Assembly (NCBI GenBank): GCA_025603075.1
Contig: MU626415.1
Span: 1 to 46,877 of the forward strand
DNA from: Neoconidiobolus thromboides FSU 785
Lineage: Eukaryota > Fungi > Entomophthoromycota
Direction of reading: 5' to 3'
DNA length: 46,877 nt
The notes below the pieces were generated by a model. It had not been told where the DNA came from. It ran no database searches and saw only the letters and a list, made by a program, of their open reading frames with translations. Of this stretch, positions 33,022 through 46,875 are shown piece after piece. Each line of letters opens with the position of its first letter. Within the stretch, counting starts at the first letter, position 1. The position numbers and the translations under genes are program-made.

Positions 33022-36000
33022 ATGAGTGATAAAAACCCAAAAATAGATGAAGGTTTATATTCCAGACAACTGTAAGCAAATTGATTATTATCAATATCAA
33101 ACAAATTGAGAATTGAGTTACTAATAATTTTTTAACAATATAGTTACGTATTAGGCCATGAAGCCATGAATCGCATGGCTAATAGTCATGTATTGATTTT
33201 AGGTTTGAATGGACTTGGTGTTGAAATTGCAAAAAACGTGATTCTTGCTGGTGTCAAATCGGTTACTTTACATGATGATCAACCAACAGAGTTAAAAGAT
33301 CTATCTACTCAGGTAAGAATTGGTTTTATTAATCGAATAATTAGTTATTAATGAAGGCTAATTTATTTAGTTTTATTTAACGGAGTCGGATATTGGTAAA
33401 CCAAGAGCTAGTTGTACAGCCGAAAAATTAAAGTTATTAAATCAATATGTACCTGTACATGTTATTAGTGGGGATATTGATGAACAGACAGTTAAAAAAT
33501 ATCAAGTAAGTTTAGAATTTTAATTATTATAATAACAATTTGTTTATTTATATATTTAACTAGGCTATTGTTACTACTGAAATCAGTTTACAAAATCAAA
33601 TCCAAATTAATGAGTGGGCTCGTAAATATGAAGCTAAATTTATTGCTGCTGATATTTTTGGTTTATTTGGGTAAAGATACTTTTATTTAACAATATACAT
33701 TTCAATTATAACGTACTAATACCACCCTACTATTATAATTATTTTAGTATGGTATTTAATGACTTTGGAAGTAATTTCAAATGTTTGGATCCAACTGGTA
33801 ACCCACCAAAAACTGCTATGATTGCTAGTATAACTAATGTATATTTTTTATTTATGTTATATTATAAGTATTGAATCAATGTTGATATTATATCATTTAG
33901 GATAAAGATGGAGTTGTTACTTGTTTAGAAGATACCAGACATGGATTAGAAGACGGGGATTTAGTTACATTTAGTGAAGTACAAGGAATGGAAGGTATTA
34001 ACGAAAGTGGACCATTTAAAATTAAATATTTGGGACCATTTACATTTTCAATTGGAGATCTTAGTAATTATACTAATTATAAAATTGGTGGAGTATTTAC
34101 ACAAGTAAAAACACCCAAAGAAATTCAATTTAAAAATTTATTAGAGTCTTTGAAAGAACCTGAGTTTGTTATTTCTGATTTTGCCAAATTTGATCGTCCA
34201 ATTCAATTACATATTGGTTTTCAAGCATTACATCAATTTAAACAACTAAATCATGATAAGCTACCTAAACCAAGGAATGAAGAAGATGCTATTAAAATGT
34301 TAGAATTAGCCAACAAAATTAATAATGAATTAAAACAGCCTATTCAATTGGATGATAAACTAATTAAAGAATTAGCTTATCAATCTAACGGGGCATTTGC
34401 TCCGATGGCGGCTGTTATTGGTGGTATTGTTGCACAAGAAGTATTAAAAGCAGTCTCTGGCAAATTCCATCCAATTCAACAATATTTATATTTTGATTCT
34501 TTAGAGTCCTTACCAAAGAATTTTAATATTAATGAATCAAATGTACAGCCAATTAATTCAAGATATGATGGACAAATTGCTATATTTGGAAAAGAATATC
34601 AACAGGTATTGCAGAATTGCAATCAATTTTTAGTTGGGTCAGGTGCTATTGGCTGTGAAATGTTAAAAAATTGGGCATTAATTGGATTAGGTTCTGGTAA
34701 AGAGGGTATGATTCATATAACTGATATGGATACAATTGAAAAATCCAATTTAAACCGTCAGTTTTTATTTAGAAGTAAAGATGTTGGCCAATTGAAATCG
34801 CAAACAGCTGCTAATGCTATAATTGAAATGAACCCAGAATTAAAAAACAGTATTAAAGCCTATTCAGATAGAGTAGGTAATGAAACTGAAAATGTATATT
34901 CAGATACTTTCTTCAATAAAATTGATTTTGTTACTAATGCATTAGATAATATTGATGCAAGACAATATATGGATAGTCGATGTGTTTATTACAGTAAACC
35001 ATTATTAGAATCAGGTACTTTAGGTACTTTAGGAAATACACAAGTAGTTATTCCAAATATGACTGAATCTTATTCATCTTCACACGATCCACCAGAAAAA
35101 TCCATTCCAATGTGTACATTAAAAAGCTTCCCTAATAAAATTGAACATACAATTCAATGGGCAAGAGATTTGTTTGAGAACAAATTTAAACAAAATATGG
35201 AAAATACAATTGCTTATTTAGAAAATCAAGAGCAATTTATAAATAGTACACGTAAACAAGGGAATACAGCCAAAGAAACATTTGAATCTGTTAAAAATTC
35301 ATTAATTGATGAAAAGCCTAACAATTTTGAAGATTGTATTGAATTTGCACGGTTTTTATTTGAAGAATTATACAACAATACAATTCAGCAATTATTGTTT
35401 ACTTTCCCTAAAGATACAGTAACTTCATCTGGTACTTTATTTTGGTCAGGACCTAAAAGAGCGCCAAAACCAATTAAATTTGATGTTAACGACCCATTAC
35501 ATTTAGAGTTTATTATAGCAACAGCTAATTTAAGAGCCTTTAATTTTAATATTCTGGAAAATAGGAATATTGATTTCATTAAACAAGCAGTTAATAATAT
35601 TAACGTACCTGAATTTATACCCAAAGCCGGAGTTAAAATTCAAGTCAATGATAATGATCCAATAAATCAAGATTTAGAAGATGATGATGTAGATAATATT
35701 ATTCAACTTATTGCAAATAATAGTAATAATTTTAATAATATTAAAGTTAACGCAGCTGATTTTGAAAAGGTAAAATTTTATATTTATATTTTTACTTATA
35801 TTTATATTTATATATTCATATATTTAGGATGATGATAGTAATTTCCATATTGATTTTATAACCTCAGCATCCAATTTGAGAGCACGTAATTATGAAATTT
35901 CAGAAGCTGATAGACATACTACTAAAGGTATTGCGGGTAAAATCATACCAGCTATTGCTACCACTACTTCTCTAATTACTGGTTTGGTTTGTTTGGAAAT

Positions 36001-36636
36001 GATTAAAATTGTTGATCATATTAAAAGTAAAGAACCATCTAAGCGTACAATTGAAGACTTTAAAAATGCTTTTGTTAATTTGGCTACTCCTTTTGTTGGT
36101 TTCTCAGAACCTATTGCAGCTCCTAAAATGAAGGTAATAATTATAAAGTAAGATTCCAATTGAGCTAATCAATTTGTATATTTCTATAGTTTATGGATAC
36201 CGAATTTACATTATGGGATAAATATTATATTGAAGAAGATCTAACTGTGCAGGAATTAATCGATTATTGTTATGAAAAATATGAATTGGAATTAAATATG
36301 ATTTCCTATGGTGCCTGTATGTTATATTCCGATTTTATCAAAACCACTACTACTCCAGAGAGATTAAATATGAAGTAAGGACTATTTCTATTATAATGAG
36401 AAAATTAAATGATTTATTAACATCATCTTTTGAATAGGCTATCTAAAGCGTGTGAATTGGTTAGTAAATCAAAATTTGGTGACCATGTATCCCATATTAA
36501 TATTGAAATTATGGGCACTACTAAAGATGGGGAGGATGTCGAGGTAAGTGGATTAAGAGTTAAGCTTTGAGATTAATTTATTAACATTATTTTTCTAATT
36601 TAGGATTTCCCACCATTTAGAATAGCTATCAAATAA
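33022..36636 (+). CDS. UBA1: Ubiquitin-activating enzyme E1
   Basis: [10 protein letters not shown]|[60 protein letters not shown], catalytic [21 protein letters not shown]; multiple GT-AG introns. Confidence 0.97.
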
Positions 36637-36801
36637 CTATTACTATAATAAATGAAATTTATTTTTGATTTTACTTTGATTTTAAACTTTGAATTTATAT
36701 TTTTGAAGATTGAATCTTGCTTTAAGGGATTAAGCTTTAATCTTATTTTAAGTCAATTTTATGTATTTATATATAATAAATTGTATAAAATATATATAAA
36801 A

Positions 36802-36883
36802 GGTGCTATGGCCGAGTGGTCTAAGGCGGCGCACTCAAGTTGCGCTCTCTTCGGAGGCGTGGGTTCGAATCCCATTGGCACTA
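36802..36883 (+). tRNA. tRNA-Leu(CAA), intronless, long variable arm
   Basis: Acceptor GGTGCTA/TGGCACT, D arm GCC GAGTGGTCTAA GGC, anticodon arm GCGCA CTCAAGT TGCGC, variable arm, T loop GTTCGAATC; upstream TATATATAAA and downstream T-runs. Confidence 0.92.
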
Positions 36884-37434
36884 TTTTTGATTTTTAGCAT
36901 TTAGTTGTTGAAATAGAAATTAAGGATTTTTGCTTTTGTAATTATGAAATTGAATTTTTTAATAGTAAGTTAAAATTTATTTTATTATAGAATTTTATCA
37001 AAGTGTATATTATTATAACATTCAGTATTTGATAAATAAAGTTTTTAGTTAATAGCAAATTTGTTTTAAAAATTATTTAAATTTTTTTGATCCTAAATTC
37101 TTACTATAAATTAACTTTTAATGTTATGGAATTAATAAGTTATGTTTCAAAATTATTGATCCAACATACTCTATACATTTAATTCATACTTTTTATTATG
37201 AAGATATTGGTTTAATAAAGAAAAATATTAATTTTAAATAATGTTAGAATCTATTAACTTAAGTTTAAATTAACAATTTTTGAATTTATTAAGCATAAAA
37301 GTAAATATTTAATAAATACTTAATTAACAAGTCATACATCAATTTATAAAACTTGAGTGTAAATAATTAAAATAATATAAAATAATATAAAATTTAAAAT
37401 ATTTCTGTTTTATTATATATTTGTAAACATAATG

Positions 37435-37528
37435 TAGGAATGTATTTAAGAATTTTGCTAACAATTTTTCCATTCAAATACCGCTTAAAAGATGGAAAAA
37501 GTGATGAAGTCAGAAAAAACATCCTTTA
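37435..37528 (+). mobile_element. MITE copy I
   Basis: TAGGAATGTATTTAAGAATTTTGCTAACAATTTTTCC...GATGGAAAAAGTGATGAAGTCAGAAAAAACATCCTTTA. Confidence 0.78.
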
Positions 37529-37561
37529 TGTCTTTAATTAAATAGCTATAATCAACAAACA

Positions 37562-37660
37562 TAGGGGGGTATTTTTTCTGACTTCACTTTTTCATCTTTT
37601 AAGCACTATTTGAGTAAAAAAATCGTTAACAAAATTCTTAAACATAAAAATACATCCCCA
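37562..37660 (-). mobile_element. MITE copy J, inverted relative to I
   Basis: TAGGGGGGTATTTTTTCTGACTTC...AAAATACATCCCCA|TA. Confidence 0.82.
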
Positions 37661-37695
37661 TATCGAACCAGTCAAATATTAATTCGATAACCAAA

Positions 37696-37796
37696 TAGGG
37701 GTGTTTTTTTTGGATTCATTACTTTTTCCATCTTTTGAGCGTTATTTGAGTGAAAAAATTGCTAATAAAATCCTTAAACACGAGAATACATCCCCA
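37696..37796 (-). mobile_element. MITE copy K
   Basis: TAGGGGTGTTTTTTTTGGATTCATTACTTTTTCCATC...ATACATCCCCA. Confidence 0.82.
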
Positions 37797-37991
37797 AATA
37801 TTAACTAAACTAAATTGCCATTTATATAAAGTAGTTTGATAAAATCAGTACATCTAATGGTAAAGATATAGCAAAGTAACCATTAAATTTAAGGATTATC
37901 TAGTGTTGTAACTAGTAACTAGCATTTTTTAATCATAAATAAAATTAGTGTAGGCCACATGGATCTTAAAATCAAGGAAAAAAAATCAGAA

Positions 37992-38064
37992 TGATCCCGC
38001 CAGGGATCGAACCTGGAATCTTCTGTTCCGTAGACAGACGCCTTATCCATTGGGCCACGGGACC
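37992..38064 (-). tRNA. tRNA-Arg(ACG)
   Basis: Minus strand GGTCCCG TGGCCCAATGGATAAGGCG TCTGT CTACGGA ACAGA AGATT CCAGG TTCGATC CCTGG CGGGATC A forms a complete cloverleaf with a downstream T-run. Confidence 0.95.
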
Positions 38065-38238
38065 GTTTCTTCTCCCTAGAGAATTTAAACAGTATTTAAA
38101 GTTCTTTAAACATATTTGTAGATATTAGTATATAAAGCCTGATTCAAAGCTGATTCTTAAGCGGCTGACTGTTAGCCAAATTTCGTCTTGTAGACATTCT
38201 TATTAGAAAATGGGGTTAGTTACTTTTTAATCTGCTTA

Positions 38239-38338
38239 TGGGGGTATTTTTTTTGGCTTCATTACTTTTTCCATCTTTTAGCGCTATTCGAGTGGAAAAA
38301 TTATCAGCAAAATTGTTAAACACAAAAATACATCCCCA
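38239..38338 (-). mobile_element. MITE copy L
   Basis: TA|TGGGGGTATTTTTTTTGGCTTCATTAC...AAAATACATCCCCA|TA. Confidence 0.85.
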
Positions 38339-39082
38339 TATTTTGTATATCTGTTTAATTTACGTTTCCTTATTGGAATCTTTTATAGGGGAAAATAGCT
38401 AGGTAGTAGGAAATATTATGACTTGCATTCTCATATATATACCCCACTATAGTTCAAATCGGCACCTCAATATGGACTATTGATAGCTTATTAGAAGCAG
38501 GGTTTGACTATTAGTCGACTATTAATTAATATGGTCAGAAATTAGTTATTTATAAAAAGTTACTTAGCAGGTTATTTTATGCTATTATATACTAAGTGGT
38601 ATATTCAAGAGGAGATGCTCGATAATTAGTTTGAATGGATTTACTATTCCAAAAGTTTAAAAATGATATAATGTGCTTCTTAGTTTTATTTATCTATTTG
38701 ATTTTTATGACAAAAATAAAACTCACTATGATTAGTATTTCTAATTATTGAGTTAAAATGAAGTTACTAAACTTGGAGATTTTTAAGTAACAAAAATTAA
38801 TTAATTGATGAATACAAGTTCATCTGTAAACAATACAATAGAATATCGATCCTTAATAACATAATAAAAATAATATTTAAATAAAGTGAATTACTTTAAT
38901 AATAATAAAATTTAAAATCAACTTTGTTTATAATCTTTTATCTATTTTTTTCTTTGTCCGGCACTAAGAAACATTTCATCAATTCGCGGAGTAATTAAGC
39001 TACTAATTGTCCATTTTTATTTTTTGCTAAACAAATAACAAAAACGTCAGCTTGATTTCTTAATAATTATCAATAAAAAACC

Positions 39083-39598
39083 ATGAAACATATTATAACA
39101 AGTTTAATTATATTACTTCTCCTTCATTTAACAACATGTCTACAGATCAGGTTACAAACAGCTGATCATTCAATACTCACCAATTTCGAAGCTGAGGACG
39201 AGTGTCTGGCATACCCATCCACAATCACCAAAGTAGAAATAAACACTTTAAATACACAAGTTGAATTTTATAGCTCAAGTGATTGTGTTGGGAAGTTGTT
39301 AGGAAAAGTAGATAGAAATTATACGTTTAGTGAAGGGATTAAAATTAAGTCTTTCATGTTGAGTAAGAAGTTTAAAGACGAACCAACGCAAGTGATGGAG
39401 TATTCAACACCACCGCCAAATACAGATAGTGGCCAAGTAAAGAGAAATTTCTTCTTGAATATACTAAGAAAGTTATTCATTGATGATGGGGAAAGGAAGA
39501 GAAATAGAATATTTCATAGGGACAATAAGCCACATTATATATCATCAAAAAAAGCATTTAAAGAATTGAATAAGTATGTTAAAGAGCATCAAAAATAA
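39083..39598 (+). CDS. Small secreted protein of unknown function, 171 aa, with two KR sites
   Basis: Signal peptide MKHIITSLIILLLLHLTTC. The Cys pair DECL...FYSSSDCVG resembles small beta-rich secreted fungal domains. KR occurs at residues 120-121 and 139-140; intronless. Confidence 0.75.
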   Translation: MKHIITSLIILLLLHLTTCLQIRLQTADHSILTNFEAEDECLAYPSTITKVEINTLNTQVEFYSSSDCVGKLLGKVDRNYTFSEGIKIKSFMLSKKFKDEPTQVMEYSTPPPNTDSGQVKRNFFLNILRKLFIDDGERKRNRIFHRDNKPHYISSKKAFKELNKYVKEHQK

Positions 39599-39693
39599 TA
39601 AAGAATGAATTAACAAATAATAATAAAGATTAATAATAGTAGTATCACTATAATAATTTTATTCTTTTAAACTAATTGTTTTTTTAAAAAACC

Positions 39694-40793
39694 TTAATGA
39701 AGTCGATCGAATAGCTTAATACTATTAGGTACAAACTTCCTTAATTTAACATCTGCCATTTCAAATAGATTAATTGTATGTTCGTCCATCCCATAATCCA
39801 AAGCATATACCACCTCCTTAATCCCAACTTGAACTATTTTCTTGGCACAGCCTAATAAAGAAGAACCTATTAATAAAAAAACTCAAAAAAAACTTTAAAC
39901 TTACCAATACAAGGACAAGTATTACAATACAATATAGGATACCCATAGTTGATCCTTTCCCTTCCCGCTTCTAAAAGAGCATTCTCTTCCGCATGGATAC
40001 ACAAACACAAATCCAAGCCTTGTCCCATGGTACTATTTTGATTACATCTAGGGCATCCACCTTCTGAACAGTTAGGTACATTTCTTGGTGTTCCGTTATA
40101 CCCCGTAGCTATTACTCTATGGTCTTTAACTATCAAACAACCTACTCTTCGTTTCATACAGTTGGAACGTTTGGAAGCAAGCTCAGTAAGTAACATGAAA
40201 TAATTATCCCAACCTGGTCGTAGACGTTCTGGGTCAAGTAAATCAAGGATCTTTATGTGGTGGTAATAGCTATCCTTTTCGGTGTAGGGGTTAAAGAGAC
40301 TCACATCGGTGTAGTTCATAACTTCATTTAGAGAACAGACTTCTGGTTGATTACTCTCATCTTTTAAAGACAAAGGATGATTTGTGTATAAGTGGGCATC
40401 ATTTTCAATAATAAAGTTTACAAAGTCTGATGAATTTTTTGTGCCTATTTCTAGCCACCTTTTATATCTATACTCAAGTGGGGCATCCACTTGAACTAAT
40501 AAAAAAAAAGGACGTTTTCTGATCATTAGTATTTGTTTTTTATCTCTTATACTTTAATTGAACTACCTAAGTACTTGGATTGTTGAAGGTAGTAAACCAG
40601 TTTCAATGATAAGCTTTTCTTGCCAGTTATTAGTTACATAATCTAAAAGCGATTTTATATCTTTAAATTCTAATTTTGATTCCTCTTCTTCATTATCAAC
40701 TAATCGAATCTCTTTAAATCCTTCATTCTCTATTAAGTACTCTATAAGTGAACTCTTTCCGCTTTTTATAGGCCCAATAACCCCTATCAACAT
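39694..40793 (-). CDS. DCD1: dCMP deaminase with N-terminal P-loop kinase-like domain
   Basis: GVIGPIKSGKSS; RPGWDNYFMLLTELASKRSNCMKRRVGCLIV; IHAEENALLEAG; CNTCPCI|GCAKKIVQ across an intron; TAA at 39694..39696. Confidence 0.93.
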
Positions 40794-40922
40794 CTTATGA
40801 TTATAAAAAATTACTTTTTACAAATTTTTTAATAGAATTTTATTTCAATTTAAAGCAAATTTAATTGGTTGAACTCGTAAAAATATAGACCCAACACTCC
40901 TTTTATTCTACATGAAGTAAAT

Positions 40923-42668
<1,746 letters not shown>

Positions 42669-42809
42669 TTCTACTTAAAAATAAAAAATAAAAAATTCAA
42701 CTCAGAAATAAATATAAGCAATTACTTAGATTAGCTGACGTAATTCAGTAAATCAAGTTGAAATCCCACAAAATAGTACAGCAATTTTATAGTTTTACTA
42801 TCATTGATC

Positions 42810-45226
42810 ATGGCATATTATGATTATAGTAAAACAAAGCTAAAACAAGAAGATAAACTAGAAGGTATAAGGTACAAATAGACAAATTACAACAATAATA
42901 CTTACGTCTTTTTAAAATTAGTACCATTTCAATCATCATCCATCTATAAACTTCCAATCAACGAATTATCACATGATCCCATAGACGATGAAATAAACCA
43001 GTTAACAGATCATGAAAAAGAGAGCTTAATCATTGAAGACCTGTTATCAATTTTAATAGGGTTTGATGGGGAATACCTGTATATTGAAAAGGCGATCGAC
43101 TTTAAACAAAGTCATGAAGAAATAGATTATGACTTAAGATTAGATATCAGTAACAGTCAATTAGAATTATTAAGTAGGATAACACCGACAGCAAGGCATT
43201 ATAACAGTATTTCGAAGTTTTGTCATCTATTTTCAAGTCACGAGTTTGGGTATGTTAACCACGCTTTAGTAGCAAGTATCAAAGAGATGTTGAAAGAATA
43301 TACGGTATTGATTAACCAACTTGAATACGAGCATAGAAATAATGTTGGTTTTACATTGCAAAAGTTCTGGTTCTATTTCCACCCATCAATCAAAACTTTG
43401 AAATTGATTCGTACTTTGATTTTAACTTTTTATAATATTCCAGACTTAACTTGGGATATGTTTTTTAAAACTCAAGTTCCTTATCAAATAAAAGGGGGGT
43501 TTGTACTGGATATTATCTTTGATCACTTTAGAAAACATAAAGGGTAGGTTCAGTAATTTTTTACATATAGAGTATTTTAACTTTGATTTATTATAGAGAT
43601 GATGATGCTAGTGAATTGTATGAATACTTATTTACACTCAGTTCCAAACCATATTTGAAAATAATTAATAGCTGGATATATGAGGGTATCATCAATGACT
43701 TTTATCAAGAGTTTTTTATAGCGGAAAAAGAAAAGATAGGATTCGAAGAAAGTTTGGAATTTTACTGGGAAAGCAAGTTTGTTGTACAAAATGAAAAAGT
43801 ACCAAGGTTTTTATGTAATCATATCGATATGCTATTGTCTGCTGGGAAGTTAATCAATGTTATCAAGACATGCAATGTGGATTTCGTTCCATTGAAGCCT
43901 CTATTAAATATTGAGGAATTGGATCCTTCTGTCCCTATATCACCTCAACAGTAAGGTGTTTTTATGCTTGCTTATTATGTATTAATCACTCTTTGTTAGG
44001 TATTTTAATGAAATTCAAAGGGCTTACCATCATTCAAATCAAGAATTCATCAAATTAATATTTGATAAATTAATCAAACAATTAAGGTAAGATATAATAA
44101 AAACAATATAATATAGTACAAATAATGTAATTATTTTAGATGCTTCAAAAGATATTTCTTTTTAGAACAATCGGATTTTTTTACCCACTTTTTGGATTTA
44201 GCCAGTGAAGATTTAATAAAACCAGCAAGGATTGTTTCAACAACAAAAATCCAATCTTTATTTGATTTATCCCTAAGAAACCCGAGTTCTGTTACATATA
44301 ATGATCCATTTAAAGATAAATTAGAAATCTTATTCACACATACTAAATTAATAGATCTCATTAACAACATCTCATTAAATGACCAATCCGAGCAACACGG
44401 AACGCCAAAAATGGAAGGTAATGTATTAGAACAGGAGATGGAACCGCCATTGCCTATGTCGGGTATCGAAGCATTTTCAATAAAATGTCAAACTGAATTT
44501 CCAGTCTTTTTAGCCATTACAAAAAATGACACTCATCATTATCAAATTATCTTTCGAAATTTAATGTTGTTAAAACATGTAGAACAATTATTGGGCAACT
44601 CTTTTATCGAACATACCAAGTTTCGTAGACTGATAGCAAGTTCCAAACATGATCCTGTAGCCAACCCATGGCAAGCCCAAATCCATACGTTACAAAATAG
44701 GATGTTAAATTTTATTCAATCATTACTGTATTATATCTCTTTTGAAGTTTTAGAACCCAATTATCAACAGCTTGAAGTTAAACTTCATCATTGTACTACA
44801 CTGGAACAGATCCATAAGGAACATATCAATTTTTTGAAAACCTGCTTTCTACAGTCTACACTATTAAATAGTAAACTTTATGGTATCATAAACAAAATTG
44901 TAAGATCTTGCTTAAGATTTATTCAGTTTACTAAGAAAGTAAATAAATTGGATGTCCCAGAAAGAAGGGATGTTGATCCAGCAAGTTCTATTGATGTATA
45001 TAAATATCTTAGTCATTTTGAGTATCATTTTTTATATCATGTCAAGCTACTTCTTGATGGTTTGCATTATTATGCTGCTTTAGGAAACCCTTGTTACCTA
45101 TCTTTGGCACTTAAAATTGATTTTAATAATTATTATAATGACCTCGAACTATCTATCAATCCACCCTCCTCTGCTTCTTCTTTGTCTATTCCTAATTCGC
45201 CACTATTCGCAGACCATTCTTTTTAA
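42810..45226 (+). CDS. SPC97: Gamma-tubulin complex component 2 (Spc97/Alp4/GCP2)
   Basis: LIIEDLLSILIGFDGEYL, FGYVNHALVASIKEMLKEY, PYLKIINSWIYEG, FFLEQSDFFTHFLDLASEDL, RMLNFIQSLLYYISFEVLEP. Multi-exon; the start at 42810 is inferred. Confidence 0.88.
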
Positions 45227-45380
45227 ATTAATATTTGAAAGCTATTAAAATTATTTAAGTAGTGAATGTTTTTGTTGGAGTTTTATAGTATTGGCTTTGT
45301 TTGGATTACATATTTTTTCCCGTTTTTCATTAATCATACTAGAACAAAAAGGTATTTTCATATGCTTGTTTATTATTATA

Positions 45381-45479
45381 TGGGGCTGTTTTTTTTGGTT
45401 TCATTATTTTTCCATTTTTTAAGCACTATTTGAGTGGAAAGGTTGTAGTAAAATTCTTAAACAAAAAAATACATCCCCA
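45381..45479 (-). mobile_element. MITE copy M
   Basis: ATA|TGGGGCTGTTTTT...AAAAAAATACATCCCCA|TAT. Confidence 0.85.
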
Positions 45480-46104
45480 TATTTTTTAAGTGAGTTATTT
45501 TTATTATTTAAAGCAATTGTTGCATTAACCTGATCTTTTGAATTTTTTTACTCTTATTTAATTTAACAATATTATTATTTTTTCAAAAATAAACAAAGTC
45601 AAAAAAATAGCAGTGGTATTTTAAATAAAATAAAAATAAAAAGATAAAACCAAAGTGTATAATAAATACAAAAACATTTCTAATATTCAAATGGTTATAA
45701 AATTTACAGCCTAAACAAAAAAGGAGCAAAAAAAGATAAAATTTTATTCATTTATTTGAGTAAAGATAACATTTCATTGAATTAAACTTGTCTATCTAAA
45801 TCATTCAACATGTGAATAATATAGGATTATAAACATCCTAATTATTTGATTTACTATTCAATAAAACTATATAAATCATAAAAATAGATTCAGTTAAAGT
45901 CAAAGTAATTGATTATTCTCCTTTTGGCCAATTAGTCACCTCTGTTTTAATACTGAAAACCATTAAACACCTTAAAACAACCTAATTTAGTTGAGCTGTT
46001 CTTTTGGTTCAGTAAAAAGCAACTCATGCTTATTGAACTAAAGTTAATAAAATAAAAGTAAAAATAAGAATATTTGTACATTTATTTGAAATAAAGAAAT
46101 TATA

Positions 46105-46190
46105 TGGGAACCTTTTTTCAACTTCATCATTTTTTCCATCTTTTGAGCACTATTTGAGTGGAAAATAATGAAGTCAAAAAAACATTCCCA
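46105..46190. mobile_element. MITE copy N, symmetric fold-back derivative with two right-hand ends
   Basis: TGGGAACCTTTTTTCAACTTCATCATTTTTTCC...GGAAAATAATGAAGTCAAAAAAACATTCCCA; the left-end/TACTAAC segment is absent. Confidence 0.75.
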
Positions 46191-46266
46191 TGTCCTTATA
46201 TTATTGGGGAGAAATGAGAAGTAAAAGTTTTTGCGTCAAATATATAGGTCACAAATTAAGACCCCT

Positions 46267-46875
46267 CTAAGATAAAATCAAAATAGCTACTTTTGTAACC
46301 TCAAAATGATTTCTAATTTGAGTCTGGTAGCTTATAATATGACCAAGTATAATTAATAGTATAGTTTCCGGTACTTTTATCTGGCTCTTTTCATAATTGA
46401 AGTTACATGCTTTAAAATGGATAGAGTTTAATTTAATTTTTGAGATTTCCTGGTCATCATTATTTCCGACTATTTCCCACGATCCACACAATTTATTATA
46501 GTATATAATATACGATTGGTGATACCCATTGTATTGATAGTTCAACTCAAATAGTTTACCATTCTTTGTTTCAAGCTTGATGTTTTGATAGTTTGCTTTT
46601 TCTGAGTTATCATTACTACCTAATTTAATATTCCACTTTAGTAGCTTTTGGTTTGAAGATGATTCACTCAATGAGGCTAATTGTTCCTTATTTTCCGTCG
46701 TGAGCTTAGAATGTAAATAATTTTTACTCTTGAACTTCAGATTTTTAGTATCTTCTCCACAGACTCTTTTAATCAATAGGTAATTTAAGGCTGTTAATTT
46801 TTTTTCAGTAATCTCATAGGCAATATCACCATCAGTACACCAGTTGGAATAAGGAATTAAAGTAGAAAGGGAGTC
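46267..46875 (-). CDS. Hypothetical protein, 5' end outside the window
   Basis: The frame stays open upstream of the track's TTG start to the window edge (DSLSTLIPYSNWCTDGDIAYEITEKKLTALNYLLIKRVCGED...), over 200 codons without a stop in very AT-rich DNA. No family recognised. Confidence 0.65.
   Translation of the reverse strand, partial: DSLSTLIPYSNWCTDGDIAYEITEKKLTALNYLLIKRVCGEDTKNLKFKSKNYLHSKLTTENKEQLASLSESSSNQKLLKWNIKLGSNDNSEKANYQNIKLETKNGKLFELNYQYNGYHQSYIIYYNKLCGSWEIVGNNDDQEISKIKLNSIHFKACNFNYEKSQIKVPETILLIILGHIISYQTQIRNHFEVTKVAILILS

Noticed and set aside
35771-35828. TATATT microsatellite-like stretch in UBA1
   Set aside because: It lies within an ordinary GT-AG intron and is low-complexity only.
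36652-36897. 81-aa ORF ending MAEWSKAAHSSCALFGGVGSNP
   Set aside because: It is a translation of the tRNA-Leu gene plus AT-rich UTR, not a protein.
40563-40793. P-loop kinase-like domain fused to dCMP deaminase as a novel fusion
   Set aside because: This N-terminal extension is the usual architecture of fungal Dcd1 proteins.
45912-46000. U2 snRNA-like words (TTCTCCTTTTGGCCAA, CTGTTCTT)
   Set aside because: The invariant branch-point recognition sequence GTGTAGTA is absent and the motif order does not fit.
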